Shown piece by piece: positions 7,876 through 15,956 of a DNA stretch of 32,000 bases; the stretch's first letter is position 1, and each line of letters begins with the position of its first letter. A model generated the notes under the pieces. That model was not told the DNA's origin. It saw only the letters and a program-made list of their open reading frames with translations, and did no database searches. A program made the position numbers and the translations under genes. Origin of the DNA: an uncultured Chloroflexia bacterium (GTDB taxonomy: Bacteria > Chloroflexota > Ktedonobacteria > Ktedonobacterales > JADMIN01); assembly GCA_963718915.1 (NCBI GenBank), contig CAVRAI010000003.1, positions 480,001 through 512,000 of the forward strand. Reading direction: 5' to 3'.

Positions 7876-8760
7876 GTGCGGATAACATTCATTGGTCATG
7901 CTGGACTCTTCATCGAGACACGCCACGGCAGTATTCTCACTGACCCGTGGTTCAATACCGCCTACTTTGCCTCCTGGTTCCCCTTCCCCAGCAACGAAGG
8001 CATCGACAGGGCGAAGATCGCCAACCCCGACTACCTCTTCGTCTCGCACCTGCACCATGACCACTTCGACCCCGAATTCCTGCGCGACCACGTCTCCAAA
8101 GAGACCACCGTCCTCCTGCCCGACTACCCGCTCGACCTGCTCGAACGCGGCCTGCGCGAGGTCGGCTTCACCAAATTCCTGCGCACCAAAAACGGCGTCC
8201 CCGTCACCGTCGATGGCCTGCGGCTGATGATCTCCGCTGCCGTCGCCCCCACCGATGGCCCGCTCGGCGACTCCGGCCTCAGCGTCGACGACGGCGAGGT
8301 GCGCATCTTCAACCAGAACGACTCGCGCCCGGTGGACCTCGATGTGCTCGCCGACTTCGGCCCCTACGACGCCCATTTTCTCCAGTTCTCCGGCGCGATC
8401 TGGTACCCGATGGTCTACCTCTATCCTGAGAAGATGATGGACGCCCTCGGCCGCAAGAAGCGCGACAATGAGCTTGCGCGCGCCATGCGGTTCGTCAAAG
8501 AGATTGGCGCCACCCACATCATCCCGTCCGCCGGGCCGCCCTGCTTCCTCGACGACGACCTGTATAGCTTCAACGACTTCGACCGCGACCCGAAGAACAT
8601 CTTTCCCGACCAGACGGTCTTCCTCGAATTCATGCGGTCGCAGGGCCACGACCACGGCCACCTGATGATTCCCGGCAGCGTCGGCACGCTCACCAGCGAG
8701 GGCTACACCGTCACCCACCCGATGCCCGACGAGCAGGTGCAGGCCATCTTCACGCGATAA
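7876..8760 (+). CDS. MBL-fold metallo-hydrolase domain protein (UlaG-like); probably the N-terminal fragment of a disrupted MBL-Rieske fusion gene
   Basis: GTG 7876 with AAAGGA 9 nt upstream. Carries the VSHLHHDHFD metallo-beta-lactamase HxHxDH motif. Coding-like sequence continues past the TAA in another frame. Confidence 0.8.
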   Translation: MRITFIGHAGLFIETRHGSILTDPWFNTAYFASWFPFPSNEGIDRAKIANPDYLFVSHLHHDHFDPEFLRDHVSKETTVLLPDYPLDLLERGLREVGFTKFLRTKNGVPVTVDGLRLMISAAVAPTDGPLGDSGLSVDDGEVRIFNQNDSRPVDLDVLADFGPYDAHFLQFSGAIWYPMVYLYPEKMMDALGRKKRDNELARAMRFVKEIGATHIIPSAGPPCFLDDDLYSFNDFDRDPKNIFPDQTVFLEFMRSQGHDHGHLMIPGSVGTLTSEGYTVTHPMPDEQVQAIFTR

Positions 8761-8840
8761 ACGCGGCTACCTGGACGCCTATCAGGCGCGCAAACGCGAC
8801 GAGATAGCGGCACATCAAGGCGTCGTGGCCGCGCGGCCAG

Positions 8841-9569
8841 GTGGATATCCTCACGGAGCTGCGCGACTGGTTCGAGCCGCTGATGGATAAGGCCGACCTG
8901 ACGGCGGCGGGCATCAACAGCCTGGTCGTGCTGGACTGCGGCGAGACGAAGCTCGTCCTGGATTTCCATACGCGCAAGGTCTATCCCTGGCAGGGCGAGG
9001 AGTACGACTACTTCTTCCGCTTCGATCCCGCCCTCATCGAGTCGCTGATCGTCCGCCACGTCGAGGACTGGATCAACGAGCTATTCCTCTCGTGCCGCTT
9101 CCAGGCCGAGCGCAAGGGCGCCTATAACGAGTATGTCTACAACTTCTTCAAGTGCCTGAGCATGGAGCGGCTGCAATACGCCGAGGGCTACTACGCCGAG
9201 AAGGCGCCCGTCCAGACGCTGTGGGAGTCCAACGGCTACCGCATCCAGCGCCGCTGCCCGCACCTGAAGGCCGACCTGACCCGCTTTGCCCATATCGAGG
9301 ATGGCGTCCTCACCTGCACGCTGCACGGCTGGCAGTTCGAGCTGGAGACGGGCCGCTGCCTCACCTCGGACGACCGCCATCTCTACACGCAGAAGATCGA
9401 CGCCAGTGGCGCGGTGGCCGAGGCCCGCAGCGAAGGCGCGGTGACGCACGCCCCACTGGAGCAGCCGACAACCGGCGCCTCCATCCGCGACCGCTGCTAC
9501 GACTGCTGGTACGACCCAAAGAAATTCCCGACCAGCAAGCGGAAGAAAGCGGGCGCAACGGAGGAGTAG
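8841..9569 (+). CDS. Rieske [2Fe-2S] domain protein; probably the C-terminal fragment of the same disrupted gene (frame open from 8808)
   Basis: CPHLKADL...CTLHGWQF gives the Rieske CxH...CxxH ligands. No convincing SD before GTG 8841, and the upstream 80 nt reads as protein in shifted frames. Confidence 0.75.
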   Translation: MDILTELRDWFEPLMDKADLTAAGINSLVVLDCGETKLVLDFHTRKVYPWQGEEYDYFFRFDPALIESLIVRHVEDWINELFLSCRFQAERKGAYNEYVYNFFKCLSMERLQYAEGYYAEKAPVQTLWESNGYRIQRRCPHLKADLTRFAHIEDGVLTCTLHGWQFELETGRCLTSDDRHLYTQKIDASGAVAEARSEGAVTHAPLEQPTTGASIRDRCYDCWYDPKKFPTSKRKKAGATEE

Positions 9570-9595
9570 AAGGCGCATTAGGGCGGGGACGCGCG

Positions 9596-9760
9596 GGCGG
9601 TTAAAACCGCGCCTGAAGGGCCTGCGGCCACGAAACCCGCCGTCGCGGGTTTCACCGACCTGCCTGGCAGGCACGACGTTGGTGAGTACTCTGCAGCCCG
9701 CGCAGGCGGGCTTTGCGGATGCGCGGGCGCATCCCTTAGGCGCGGCTTCAGCCGCCAGCC
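9596..9760. repeat. ~165-bp imperfect palindromic (MITE/REP-like) element with aaccgcgcctga-type termini
   Basis: The left end ggcggttaaaaccgcgcctgaag is the imperfect inverse of the right end cttaggcgcggcttcagccgcc. The internal gcgggtttc / gcgggctttg motifs match the same family as 24611-24774. Confidence 0.75.
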
Positions 9761-9803
9761 GACGTTGTGCCGCACAGTGGAGTTACATAGGGAGGGGGCT
9801 ACC

Positions 9804-10403
9804 ATGGATGGATTCCGCGCGCTCTGGCAGCGCACCCGCGAGCGACTGGCGCAGGCGGCGTCCTCGCCGAACTCGGCGGCGCGTAATCCCGCCGTCGCCG
9901 CTTACCTCGACGAAGTGATGGCGACGTTCCCCTATACCGAGGCCGCCAAAGCCTGGTTCCACAGCGCCATCACCTTCGAGGTGGAGAACCTCGACAGCAC
10001 GAACGGCGGCGGCTTCTGGTATCCCGACCGCTACGCCGTCTTCCTCTATACCGCGCAGTACGAGGCGGCCATCCACGAACTGGCCCACGCCTGGTGGGAA
10101 GAGCGCCGCCCGCGCCTGAAAGATGCGCTGATCGAGGCGACCGTCATGCTCTCTGAGGAGACCGATCCGCGCTACCAGCGCATGCAACAGCTCACCCACG
10201 GCTACATTCATGGCATCGCGGAGCAGAACTGGCCGGGCATGCTGGTGGATCGCAACGACTGGGAGATGTACGCGGGGATGGCCAGTGGCATGATGGCCGA
10301 TCTGCGGCTAGTACCACCCTATGTGCGCGAATTTTACGCCGAGATGTACGCGCTATTGCCCGATGACGCCCCTTCGCCCGCAAGCCTTGCGCGCCATAAC
10401 TGA
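9804..10403 (+). CDS. Hypothetical HExxH protein (putative zinc metallopeptidase-like)
   Basis: GGAGGG (9791-9796) precedes ATG 9804. The only motif found is AIHELAHAWW (HExxH). No signal peptide is evident. Confidence 0.6.
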   Translation: MDGFRALWQRTRERLAQAASSPNSAARNPAVAAYLDEVMATFPYTEAAKAWFHSAITFEVENLDSTNGGGFWYPDRYAVFLYTAQYEAAIHELAHAWWEERRPRLKDALIEATVMLSEETDPRYQRMQQLTHGYIHGIAEQNWPGMLVDRNDWEMYAGMASGMMADLRLVPPYVREFYAEMYALLPDDAPSPASLARHN

Positions 10404-10529
10404 GCACGCTTCTATAACTCAGCCGTGCATTATTTCGTAGACGACATGAATAGCCTTGCGTCTGCTGCTATGCTGGAGAAACCATACCGTCGCAGCGCGT
10501 CCGCATCACGTCTACGAAGGGATTTGCTC

Positions 10530-10913
10530 ATGGCCCAGACCGCCATTCCGGTTCCGCTGAGTTCATCGGTCTATCATCCGCGCCGACGCGGCATTATTGG
10601 CTTCTTCGCAGATATCCTACGGGGCGCGTTACTCGGCGATTTCGCGCTGGATCTTGGCCTCGCGGGGGCAATCACCCAGGTTGCGCTGGCCTACACACCG
10701 GTCGTTGGAGACATCTGCGCCATTCGCGATATGGTCGGCGACCTCTACCATCGAGACAAGCTCGGATTTCTCTTGAGCATGCTGGCGCTGGTTCCCATTC
10801 TCGGCGGCATCGCCAAGACGATTGACGTGATCCACAACACCCGACGTGTTGGCCATGCGCTCGTCCGCTCCCACCAGCGCCACGCAGAGACACAGCAGCG
10901 CATCATCCACTGA
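10530..10913 (+). CDS. Small membrane-associated protein with a pre-toxin-TG-like glycine motif
   Basis: GAAGGGA lies 7 nt before ATG 10530. Hydrophobic segments are present, and YTPVVGDICAIRDMVGDL...LVPILGGIAKTI resembles the PT-TG motif pattern of polymorphic-toxin pre-domains (recollection, unverified). Confidence 0.5.
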   Translation: MAQTAIPVPLSSSVYHPRRRGIIGFFADILRGALLGDFALDLGLAGAITQVALAYTPVVGDICAIRDMVGDLYHRDKLGFLLSMLALVPILGGIAKTIDVIHNTRRVGHALVRSHQRHAETQQRIIH

Positions 10914-10931
10914 CTCGCGCCAGGGGCCAAT

Positions 10932-11354
10932 CTATCCCAGGTCAACCGCTGTGCCGCCCCAGTCTTCGGGGGCGACATCGGCGATGGACTGCGAGAACGT
11001 CCAGATGTGGCCGCCGGGATCTTCGACGCTGTACTGCCGCTCGCCGAACGGATAGCTCTCTGGCGGTTGCGTGATGTGCGCGCCGTGCTGCTTCGCCTGC
11101 TCATAGTGGCTGTCGGCGTCCGCCACCCGCACGAGCACCGAATGGCACGAGTGTGTACCCTGGCTCGTAGGTCGCTGCGTCAGGATGACCGCGCCATCAC
11201 CATCGCCAACGTGCAACTGAATGCGGTGGCCCTCGATGCGCAGCCGCTCGCGAAAGCCAAACGTATCGCAGAGCCACCTGCTCGCCTCCGCCACGTCTTC
11301 ATAGCTGAGCACGGGAATAACTGTCGCCGCTGGTATCGAACGATTCTCGATCAT
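10932..11354 (-). CDS. VOC / glyoxalase-bleomycin resistance family protein
   Basis: An internal ATG (11352-11354, minus strand) with GGGAGA upstream gives MIENRSIPAATVIPVLSYEDV... The Gly/His/Glu pattern (FGERQYSVEDPGGHIW) is typical of the VOC fold. The upstream 55 codons in the ORF track look non-coding. Confidence 0.8.
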   Translation of the reverse strand: MIENRSIPAATVIPVLSYEDVAEASRWLCDTFGFRERLRIEGHRIQLHVGDGDGAVILTQRPTSQGTHSCHSVLVRVADADSHYEQAKQHGAHITQPPESYPFGERQYSVEDPGGHIWTFSQSIADVAPEDWGGTAVDLG

Positions 11355-11574
11355 GCTGTTCTGTCTCCCTTCCGCCGCTATTGTAGAGAACAGGCGTTCG
11401 AGTGTCAAATGGAGTGGTGGATGGCGATGAGTGCCGTGGGGTAACGCGCGCCGCAGGATGGGAGCTATGCGGCTAATGCTGCCTGGTCGGGTATCGTAGA
11501 ATGGGTATGTAGCGGTCAATCAAGGCCGACAAGCGGAATTTCTTATGATGACCTGAGCTACGAAGGACAGAAAA

Positions 11575-11997
11575 ATGAGCCGATTCACTCCCGCCGAAAT
11601 CGAGTATCTTCAAAGCCAGCGCCTGGGTAGATTGGCGACCGTCAACGAGCACGGCGACCTGCACGTGGTGCCGGTGGGTTTTCGCTACAATCCTGACGAG
11701 GATACCATTGATCTTGGCGGCCACGACATTGTCCCGACGAGAAAATATCGCGAGGCGCTGCGTCACGGGCGCGTGGCCTTTGTCGTTGATGATGTCGTGC
11801 CTTCCAAGGGGCCGCGTTTCGTCGAGGTGCGTGGCACGGTGCGGGCGTGCTCTGAAGGGGGCAAAGCGATCAATCCCAATTTCGCCCCGGCTATCCTGCG
11901 GATTACCCCCACCTACATCGTTTCCCTGGGCGTGAATGGCGAGTTCGCCGGGCCAGCCGCCGGACCAATCCCGTATCACGGTCGCAAGGTCGAATAG
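11575..11997 (+). CDS. PPOX-class (pyridoxamine 5'-phosphate oxidase fold) probable F420-dependent oxidoreductase
   Basis: FTPAEIEYLQSQRLGRLATVNEHGDLHVVPVGFRYNPDEDTIDLGGH...RVAFVVDD...VEVRG matches the split-barrel PPOX/FDOR family pattern. Confidence 0.85.
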   Translation: MSRFTPAEIEYLQSQRLGRLATVNEHGDLHVVPVGFRYNPDEDTIDLGGHDIVPTRKYREALRHGRVAFVVDDVVPSKGPRFVEVRGTVRACSEGGKAINPNFAPAILRITPTYIVSLGVNGEFAGPAAGPIPYHGRKVE

Positions 11998-12147
11998 CGT
12001 CATCCGCGGCGCCCCTCGGCTTCCGCCTCCCATTTTCCCAGGCGCGGTATACTGCAAGCACGAGACCGTTTCTCCTTCGGGCTGATAGCCCATCGGGAAT
12101 AGAGAGCAACCCCCATCATCTGAACGAGTACAAAGGAGTACGAGCCG

Positions 12148-13551
12148 ATGCCTGGCAGACAGAAATCTCAGCCGATGACCCTGACCCAGAAGATCCTCGC
12201 GCACCACGCGGTCACACTGCCGCGACCGTGGGCGCAGACCGGCGATATGCTGCGTATCCGTGTGGACTGGACCATCGCCAGCGAACTGGCCTGGAACGGC
12301 ATGGACCGAACCTATACGCTGCTGGGGCGGCCCAAAATCGCCAACCCCGACCGCTTCTATCTGGCGCTCGATCACACGGTTGACCCGGTGACACTGGCCA
12401 ACGACGCGCGCACGCTCAAGCTGGCCAACCTCTCGCGCGACTTCGCCAGGGAAAGCGGCATCACCCACTTCTACGACGCCAACGTCACCATTATGCACAC
12501 GCGCTTTTACCGCAATCTGCTCCAGCCGGGCGAGGTCATCATCGGCGCGGACTCGCACACCAGCTCGCATGGCGGCCTGGGCGCCTTCGCGATTGGGCTG
12601 GGCGGCGCGGACGTGACGGCGGCGATGGTGCTGGGCGAGACGTGGATCGAGGTGCCCGAGGCGATTGCGGTGGAGTATGAGGGCACGCCCGACTTCGGCA
12701 TTGGCGGCAAAGATATCATCCTGCGCACGCTCGGCGAGTTGGGCCGCAACACCGTCGCCCTCGAACGAAGCGTCGAGTTCCGTGGCTCGGCGGCGCAGCA
12801 CTTCACCACCGACATGCGTTTCACCATCTGCAACATGACAGCGGAGTTTGGTGGGCTGAATGGCATCTTCGAGGCTGACGAGATCGTCGCCGACTGGCTG
12901 GCGCACCGGCGGCGCGGCTACAACGACAGCGCGCTCTACTTCCGCGCCGACGACGACGCGCCCTATATCGCGCGCTACCCCATCCAGCTTGACCGCCTCG
13001 CCCCGCAGATTGCCAAGCCGTTCTCGCCCGATAACGTCTACGATGTCGGCGATCTGGTGGGCCAGAAGCTGGACGGCGCGTTTATCGGCGCCTGCACCAC
13101 CACCGAGGAGGAGCTGGCGCTGGCCGGGCTGGTGCTGGAGGCGGCGCTGGCCGACGGGCAGACCCCACGGGAAACGGATCCCGACCGTCGCATCGCTGTG
13201 CCGGGGGACCTGCTGATTCAGAAGAATCTGGAGAAGGCGGGCATCTGGGATATCTACCGCCGCGCCGGGTTCATCGTTGATCCGCCCAACTGCTCGATGT
13301 GCCTGGGTATCGCCAGCCGCAAGGCGGGCAAGGGCGAGGTCTGGCTCAGCTCGCAGAATCGCAACTTCGAGAATCGCATGGGCGAGGGGTCGCTGGCGTG
13401 GCTGGCCAGCGCCGCCACCGTGGCCGCCAGCGCCCTTGGGATGGAGGTCGCCGATCCGCGACCGTTGCTGGCGCGGGTGGATCGCGACCGACTGGCGACG
13501 CATCCTCGGGCGCAAGGAGAACCGTCCGCTGCTGGAGATCACAACCGCTGA
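12148..13551 (+). CDS. Aconitase-superfamily dehydratase large subunit (LeuC/HacA-like, divergent)
   Basis: AAGGAG lies 9 nt before ATG 12148. Fe-S ligand motifs are GADSHT, GACTTT and CSMCLG. The C-terminal LASAATVAASALGMEVADPR is typical of isopropylmalate/homoaconitate dehydratases. Confidence 0.85.
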   Translation: MPGRQKSQPMTLTQKILAHHAVTLPRPWAQTGDMLRIRVDWTIASELAWNGMDRTYTLLGRPKIANPDRFYLALDHTVDPVTLANDARTLKLANLSRDFARESGITHFYDANVTIMHTRFYRNLLQPGEVIIGADSHTSSHGGLGAFAIGLGGADVTAAMVLGETWIEVPEAIAVEYEGTPDFGIGGKDIILRTLGELGRNTVALERSVEFRGSAAQHFTTDMRFTICNMTAEFGGLNGIFEADEIVADWLAHRRRGYNDSALYFRADDDAPYIARYPIQLDRLAPQIAKPFSPDNVYDVGDLVGQKLDGAFIGACTTTEEELALAGLVLEAALADGQTPRETDPDRRIAVPGDLLIQKNLEKAGIWDIYRRAGFIVDPPNCSMCLGIASRKAGKGEVWLSSQNRNFENRMGEGSLAWLASAATVAASALGMEVADPRPLLARVDRDRLATHPRAQGEPSAAGDHNR

Positions 13552-13558
13552 GCCGACG

Positions 13559-14134
13559 GTGCACGTTGAGCCGCACGCGGCTGGCGCCAAAGAGTCGCAA
13601 GCCAGCAGCCAGGTCGTGCGCGGACATGTGCAGCGCTTCGGCGACTCTGTGGATACCGACGCGATCATTCCCGGCGAGTTCTGCCACCTGACGAAGCTGG
13701 AAGACCTGGGCGACAAGGCGTTCTACTACGTCCGGCCAGAGTTCCGCGCGCGGGCGCGTGAGGGCGCGAATATCATCGTCGCGGGCGAGGGATGGGGCAG
13801 CGGCTCCTCGCGTGAGATGGCCGTCTGGGCGCTGCAAGGTGTCGGCATTCAGGCGGTTATCGCGAAGAGCTACGCCTTCATCCACAAGCGCAACCTGGTC
13901 AATGAGGCGCTGCCCTATCTGGTCGTGACCGACCCCGCCTTCTACTCACTAGCCACCGAGGGGTCGGAGCTTGAGGTGGACCTGGCGCGCGGCATCGTGC
14001 GTGATGTCGCCACCGGACGCGAGTTCCAGGCGCTGACGCCCTCGCCGATGATTCAGGCGCTGACGGCGGAGGGTGGGCTGGTCGCGGCGGTGCAGCGCCA
14101 CGGCAAAGAGGTCTTCTCGGCGCTGACGGCGTGA
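13559..14134 (+). CDS. Aconitase-superfamily dehydratase small subunit (LeuD/HacB-like); start uncertain (GTG 13559 or GTG 13616)
   Basis: VRGHVQRFGDSVDTDAIIPG, then GEGWGSGSSRE (the GxGSSRE swivel-domain motif). GTG 13616 would give the family-typical N-terminus, while GTG 13559 lies 8 nt after the large-subunit stop. Confidence 0.8.
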   Translation: MHVEPHAAGAKESQASSQVVRGHVQRFGDSVDTDAIIPGEFCHLTKLEDLGDKAFYYVRPEFRARAREGANIIVAGEGWGSGSSREMAVWALQGVGIQAVIAKSYAFIHKRNLVNEALPYLVVTDPAFYSLATEGSELEVDLARGIVRDVATGREFQALTPSPMIQALTAEGGLVAAVQRHGKEVFSALTA

Positions 14135-14145
14135 CTGTTTCTTGT

Positions 14146-14169
14146 CCCCCTCCCAACTCAGGGAGGGGG
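14146..14169. terminator. Perfect 9-bp GC hairpin between convergent genes (candidate bidirectional terminator, no U-tract)
   Basis: ccccctccc (14146-14154), aactca loop, gggaggggg (14161-14169). It lies between the LeuD-like stop (14134) and the CMD-family stop (14190). Confidence 0.55.
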
Positions 14170-14189
14170 CATATCCGCGTTTGTGCGAT

Positions 14190-14768
14190 TCAATCGCCAG
14201 TGGTGTTTGCGGCAAGGCCGCCCTGCGTGCCTGGCAGCACCTCGTTGTGGCCGATGCCGAGCGTCTTGATCCAGCGTTGCTGCCCAAGGGTCAGCGCGAC
14301 GAAGAACCCAAGCTCCACCAGCTCGGGATCGGTGAAGTGCGTGTGCAGCCGCTCCCAGAGGGCGTCATCGGCGATAGTGTCGTCCCAGATAATCGCGCTG
14401 GTGTAGGTGAGCGCCGCCTTCTCGCGTTCGCTGAACTCGTCGGAATCCTCGAACAGCAGTAGCTTGGCGTACTTCCCTTCAGGAATGCTTCCCGATCCAG
14501 ACCGGACCGATCGCTGCACCCCTCAATACTCGCACGCGATGGACTGCGAGACGTAGACGCGGCAAAGTTCCTTCAAGTCGTGGTCGAGCACGCCCGTGCG
14601 AAATGTCGTCTGCCAGGCCTGCGAGAAGGCGCGGATGACGGCGGGCACGTGCGCGCGGATCGCCTGGCTCTCTGGCCGTGGCGCGCCATGAATGCGAGCA
14701 TCTTCCAGGTATCCAAGGATTTCGGGGTCGGTGATGGCGGATAGGTCAGCATACGGTATTCTGGGCAT
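14190..14768 (-). CDS. Carboxymuconolactone decarboxylase / AhpD-like family protein with an in-frame TGA (14523-14525) at the second Cys of CxxC: candidate selenoprotein, or a nonsense pseudogene
   Basis: Two adjacent ORFs (14523-14807 and 14190-14519) share one frame and are separated only by TGA-GGG. Read-through gives ...VSQSIACEY-[TGA]-GVQRS... and a single 192-codon CMD-family protein. AGGAG lies 8 nt before ATG 14766-14768. Confidence 0.7.
14492..14510 (-). promoter_or_regulatory. SECIS-like stem-loop downstream of the in-frame UGA
   Basis: The RNA UCGGUCC-GGUCU-GGAUCGG has a 7-bp stem (two G-U pairs) and a GGUCU loop. The loop G/U lie 20-22 nt after the UGA, close in sequence and spacing to my recollection of the E. 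coli fdhF SECIS apical loop (GGUC). Confidence 0.45.
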
Positions 14769-14940
14769 CCTGGTGACTCCTCTCTTGTGGTCGGCGGCCC
14801 AACACACTCGCTTGCCTGTGTGGATGTATCGTAGTGCGCTCGAATCGGCGCGTCAACCTGTTTCTGTTAGCCAGGAACGGTTCCGCTTGAAACCCGCCGC
14901 ACTCCTAATAGAAGAGTGATAGAAGAGTGCGGAACGCGCT

Positions 14941-15675
14941 GTGACGTTTCGGGCGCTTCCTTCGGAGGGAGAGAGGATTTTGGCGACGACAACAACGACA
15001 ACGACGACGATGGGTATCGAGAATGGGATCGAGAGGAAGCCCCTGCTGCGTGGCTGGTTTCACGCGGTGGCGGCGATTGTCTCGGTGGGGCTGACGGCGG
15101 CGCTCTGCTGGCGGAGTCGCGGAGACCCCGCGCGCACGATCTCGCTGGCGATCTTCGGCCTGAGCATGGTCGAACTGTATACGGTGAGCGCGCTCTATCA
15201 CATTGGCCGCTGGAAGCCGTCGGCGCGCAAAGTCTGGCGGGCGCTCGATCACGCCAACATCTTCGTGCTGATCGCGGGCACCTACACGCCGCTCTGCTTC
15301 AACGTGCTGGAAGGGTGGGTGCGCCCGACGCTGCTGACGGTCATCTGGCTCTGCGCCGCCTGCGGTGTGGCGCTGGCAACGCTGACGCTGCGGACGCCGC
15401 GCTGGCTGACCGCGACGCTCTACGTCGGCATGGGCTGGGTGGCCGTCTTCGCGCTTCCGGCGTTTGTGCATGCGCTCTCGTGGCCGCCAGTGCTGCTGCT
15501 CTTCGGTGGCGGCGTGCTCTACACCATTGGCGCGCTGGTCTATGCGCGGCGCTGGCCCAATCCCTTCCCACGGGTCTTCGGCTTCCATGAGGTCTTCCAC
15601 CTCTTCGTCATCGCGGGCAGCATTGCTTTCGCGCTCATGATGTGGATCTGGGTCGTCCCGTTTCCGCGTGGCTAA
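14941..15675 (+). CDS. Hemolysin III / PAQR family membrane protein (start uncertain: GTG 14941 or ATG 15010)
   Basis: Seven hydrophobic segments plus the family motifs LRGWFH, LYHIGRW, LDHANIF and FHEVFHLFV. Confidence 0.85.
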   Translation: MTFRALPSEGERILATTTTTTTTMGIENGIERKPLLRGWFHAVAAIVSVGLTAALCWRSRGDPARTISLAIFGLSMVELYTVSALYHIGRWKPSARKVWRALDHANIFVLIAGTYTPLCFNVLEGWVRPTLLTVIWLCAACGVALATLTLRTPRWLTATLYVGMGWVAVFALPAFVHALSWPPVLLLFGGGVLYTIGALVYARRWPNPFPRVFGFHEVFHLFVIAGSIAFALMMWIWVVPFPRG

Positions 15676-15687
15676 CCTCACCTCCAG

Positions 15688-15710
15688 CCCCTCTCCTACG
15701 AGGAGAGGGG
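15688..15710 (+). terminator. 9-bp GC hairpin after the hemolysin-III gene (cccctctcc-tacga-ggagagggg)
   Basis: Begins 13 nt after the stop at 15675. It belongs to the dispersed cccctc/gagggg hairpin family. No U-tract. Confidence 0.5.
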
Positions 15711-15956
15711 AGCCAGAAAGCGTCCTGGGCGCCGCATTTCTCGACTGCGACCCCTCCCTTTTAGGGGGCTGGTGCGCGAGGCGATAGCCTCGGAGCGTGC
15801 GATAAGCACGCGCAGCGCCAGCGGCCCGGAGGGCGGGGGTAGGGGGAGAGGTCCGCGTGCGCTCAGTGTAGCGCCGCGCGTAGAGATGATGTATAGTTGG
15901 GGCGCTATTATGTCAGCAGTCCGATATGCCCCGGTGTTCGTTGGAGGTTGCCAGCT

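Noticed and set aside
7645-8718. 357-aa minus-strand ORF
   Set aside because: It is antisense to the MBL-fold gene, which carries the HxHxDH motif. Its 3' part runs through the 9-bp tandem repeat and non-coding leader.
11473-13716. 747-aa ORF on the minus strand, the longest ORF in the track
   Set aside because: It is antisense to the well-supported LeuC/LeuD-like genes. It is Arg/Gly/Ala/Pro-rich with no motifs. This is the typical shadow ORF of high-GC DNA.
14905-15681. 258-aa minus-strand ORF and 14916-15590 plus-strand alternative frame
   Set aside because: They overlap the hemolysin-III gene, whose frame shows seven TM helices and family motifs. The alternatives are Arg/His/Pro-rich nonsense.
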